Source: Psychromonas sp. (GTDB lineage: Bacteria > Pseudomonadota > Gammaproteobacteria > Enterobacterales > Psychromonadaceae). Taken from it: a stretch of 61,545 nucleotides of DNA. Shown here in pieces: positions 61,259-61,545 of the stretch (its first letter is position 1; every line of letters begins with the position of its first letter). Made by a program: the position numbers and the translations under genes. The stretch is taken from assembly GCA_047632875.1 (NCBI GenBank), contig JBLIEH010000001.1, positions 1 through 61,545 on the forward strand. The letters run 5' to 3'. Under the pieces are notes generated by a model. It ran no database searches and was not told where the DNA came from. It saw nothing but the letters and a program-made list of their open reading frames with translations.

Positions 61259-61545
61259 CTAACTAATTAATTGTTGCGCATGGGTTTCGATTTTTTTAAA
61301 TAAATCATCAAAATCGCTTAATGTTAAACAGGGGTTTAAGAGCGTAAATTTAAGATAAAGTTTGCCGTCAACCTTCGTTTCTGCGATCACGGCATCGCCA
61401 CAAGTTAATAATTGTAGACGTAATTTTTGCTGTAACTGATTAAATTCATTAAGGGTTAATTCACCTTGATATTGTGTGCTTAAGCGAAATAAAACCGTTG
61501 ATAATAATGGCTCACAACAAAGCTCAAAATGGCTGTTTTGCTGCA
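61259..61545 (-). CDS. 3' end of a group II PLP decarboxylase, probably DABA aminotransferase/decarboxylase (partial)
   Basis: Reads ...FELCCEPLLSTVLFR...G.AVIAETKVDGKLYLKFTLLNPC...QQLIS*; runs off the window; gene order matches the Vibrio norspermidine operon. Confidence 0.8.
   Translation of the reverse strand, partial: QQNSHFELCCEPLLSTVLFRLSTQYQGELTLNEFNQLQQKLRLQLLTCGDAVIAETKVDGKLYLKFTLLNPCLTLSDFDDLFKKIETHAQQLIS

Overview
AT-rich chromosomal window from a marine gammaproteobacterium; gene content and repeat types suggest a Psychromonas/Alteromonadales-like host (inference). Housekeeping genes flank an accessory core. Left: yoaA-tsaB, pyrD-zapC, an NSS transporter, rlmG, phnA, pyrC, ltaE, norR-norVW. 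Right: kdsD/gutQ, mtgA and the norspermidine genes. Three things stand out. (1) A ~23 kb unit (31.4-54 kb) looks like a self-contained LuxO-type circuit: a PhnD-like binding protein, a FixL-type PAS hybrid kinase with a fused LuxU-like Hpt, a LuxO-like sigma54 activator and a second GAF/CHASE kinase. Four sigma54 promoters each have a TTGCA-W3-TGCAA-like box upstream. They precede an atypical Tad-like pilus operon with Glu+6 pilins, the sensor operon itself, an unannotated RNA/small-ORF unit and a c-di-GMP phosphodiesterase. (2) A proteobacterial dedicated sortase (pds) locus whose sortase has lost its catalytic His and Cys and whose LPQTA target is reduced to 138 aa. (3) A decayed IS4-family shell (both ends plus a degenerate 13-bp target duplication) enclosing a doubly degenerate GGDEF-EAL gene. 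Also present are IS5 and IS200 relics, MITE-like palindromes, a compound 8-bp VNTR and a yeaR-like pseudogene. No rRNA, tRNA or CRISPR array was seen. All family calls come from motif recognition; no database searches were run.
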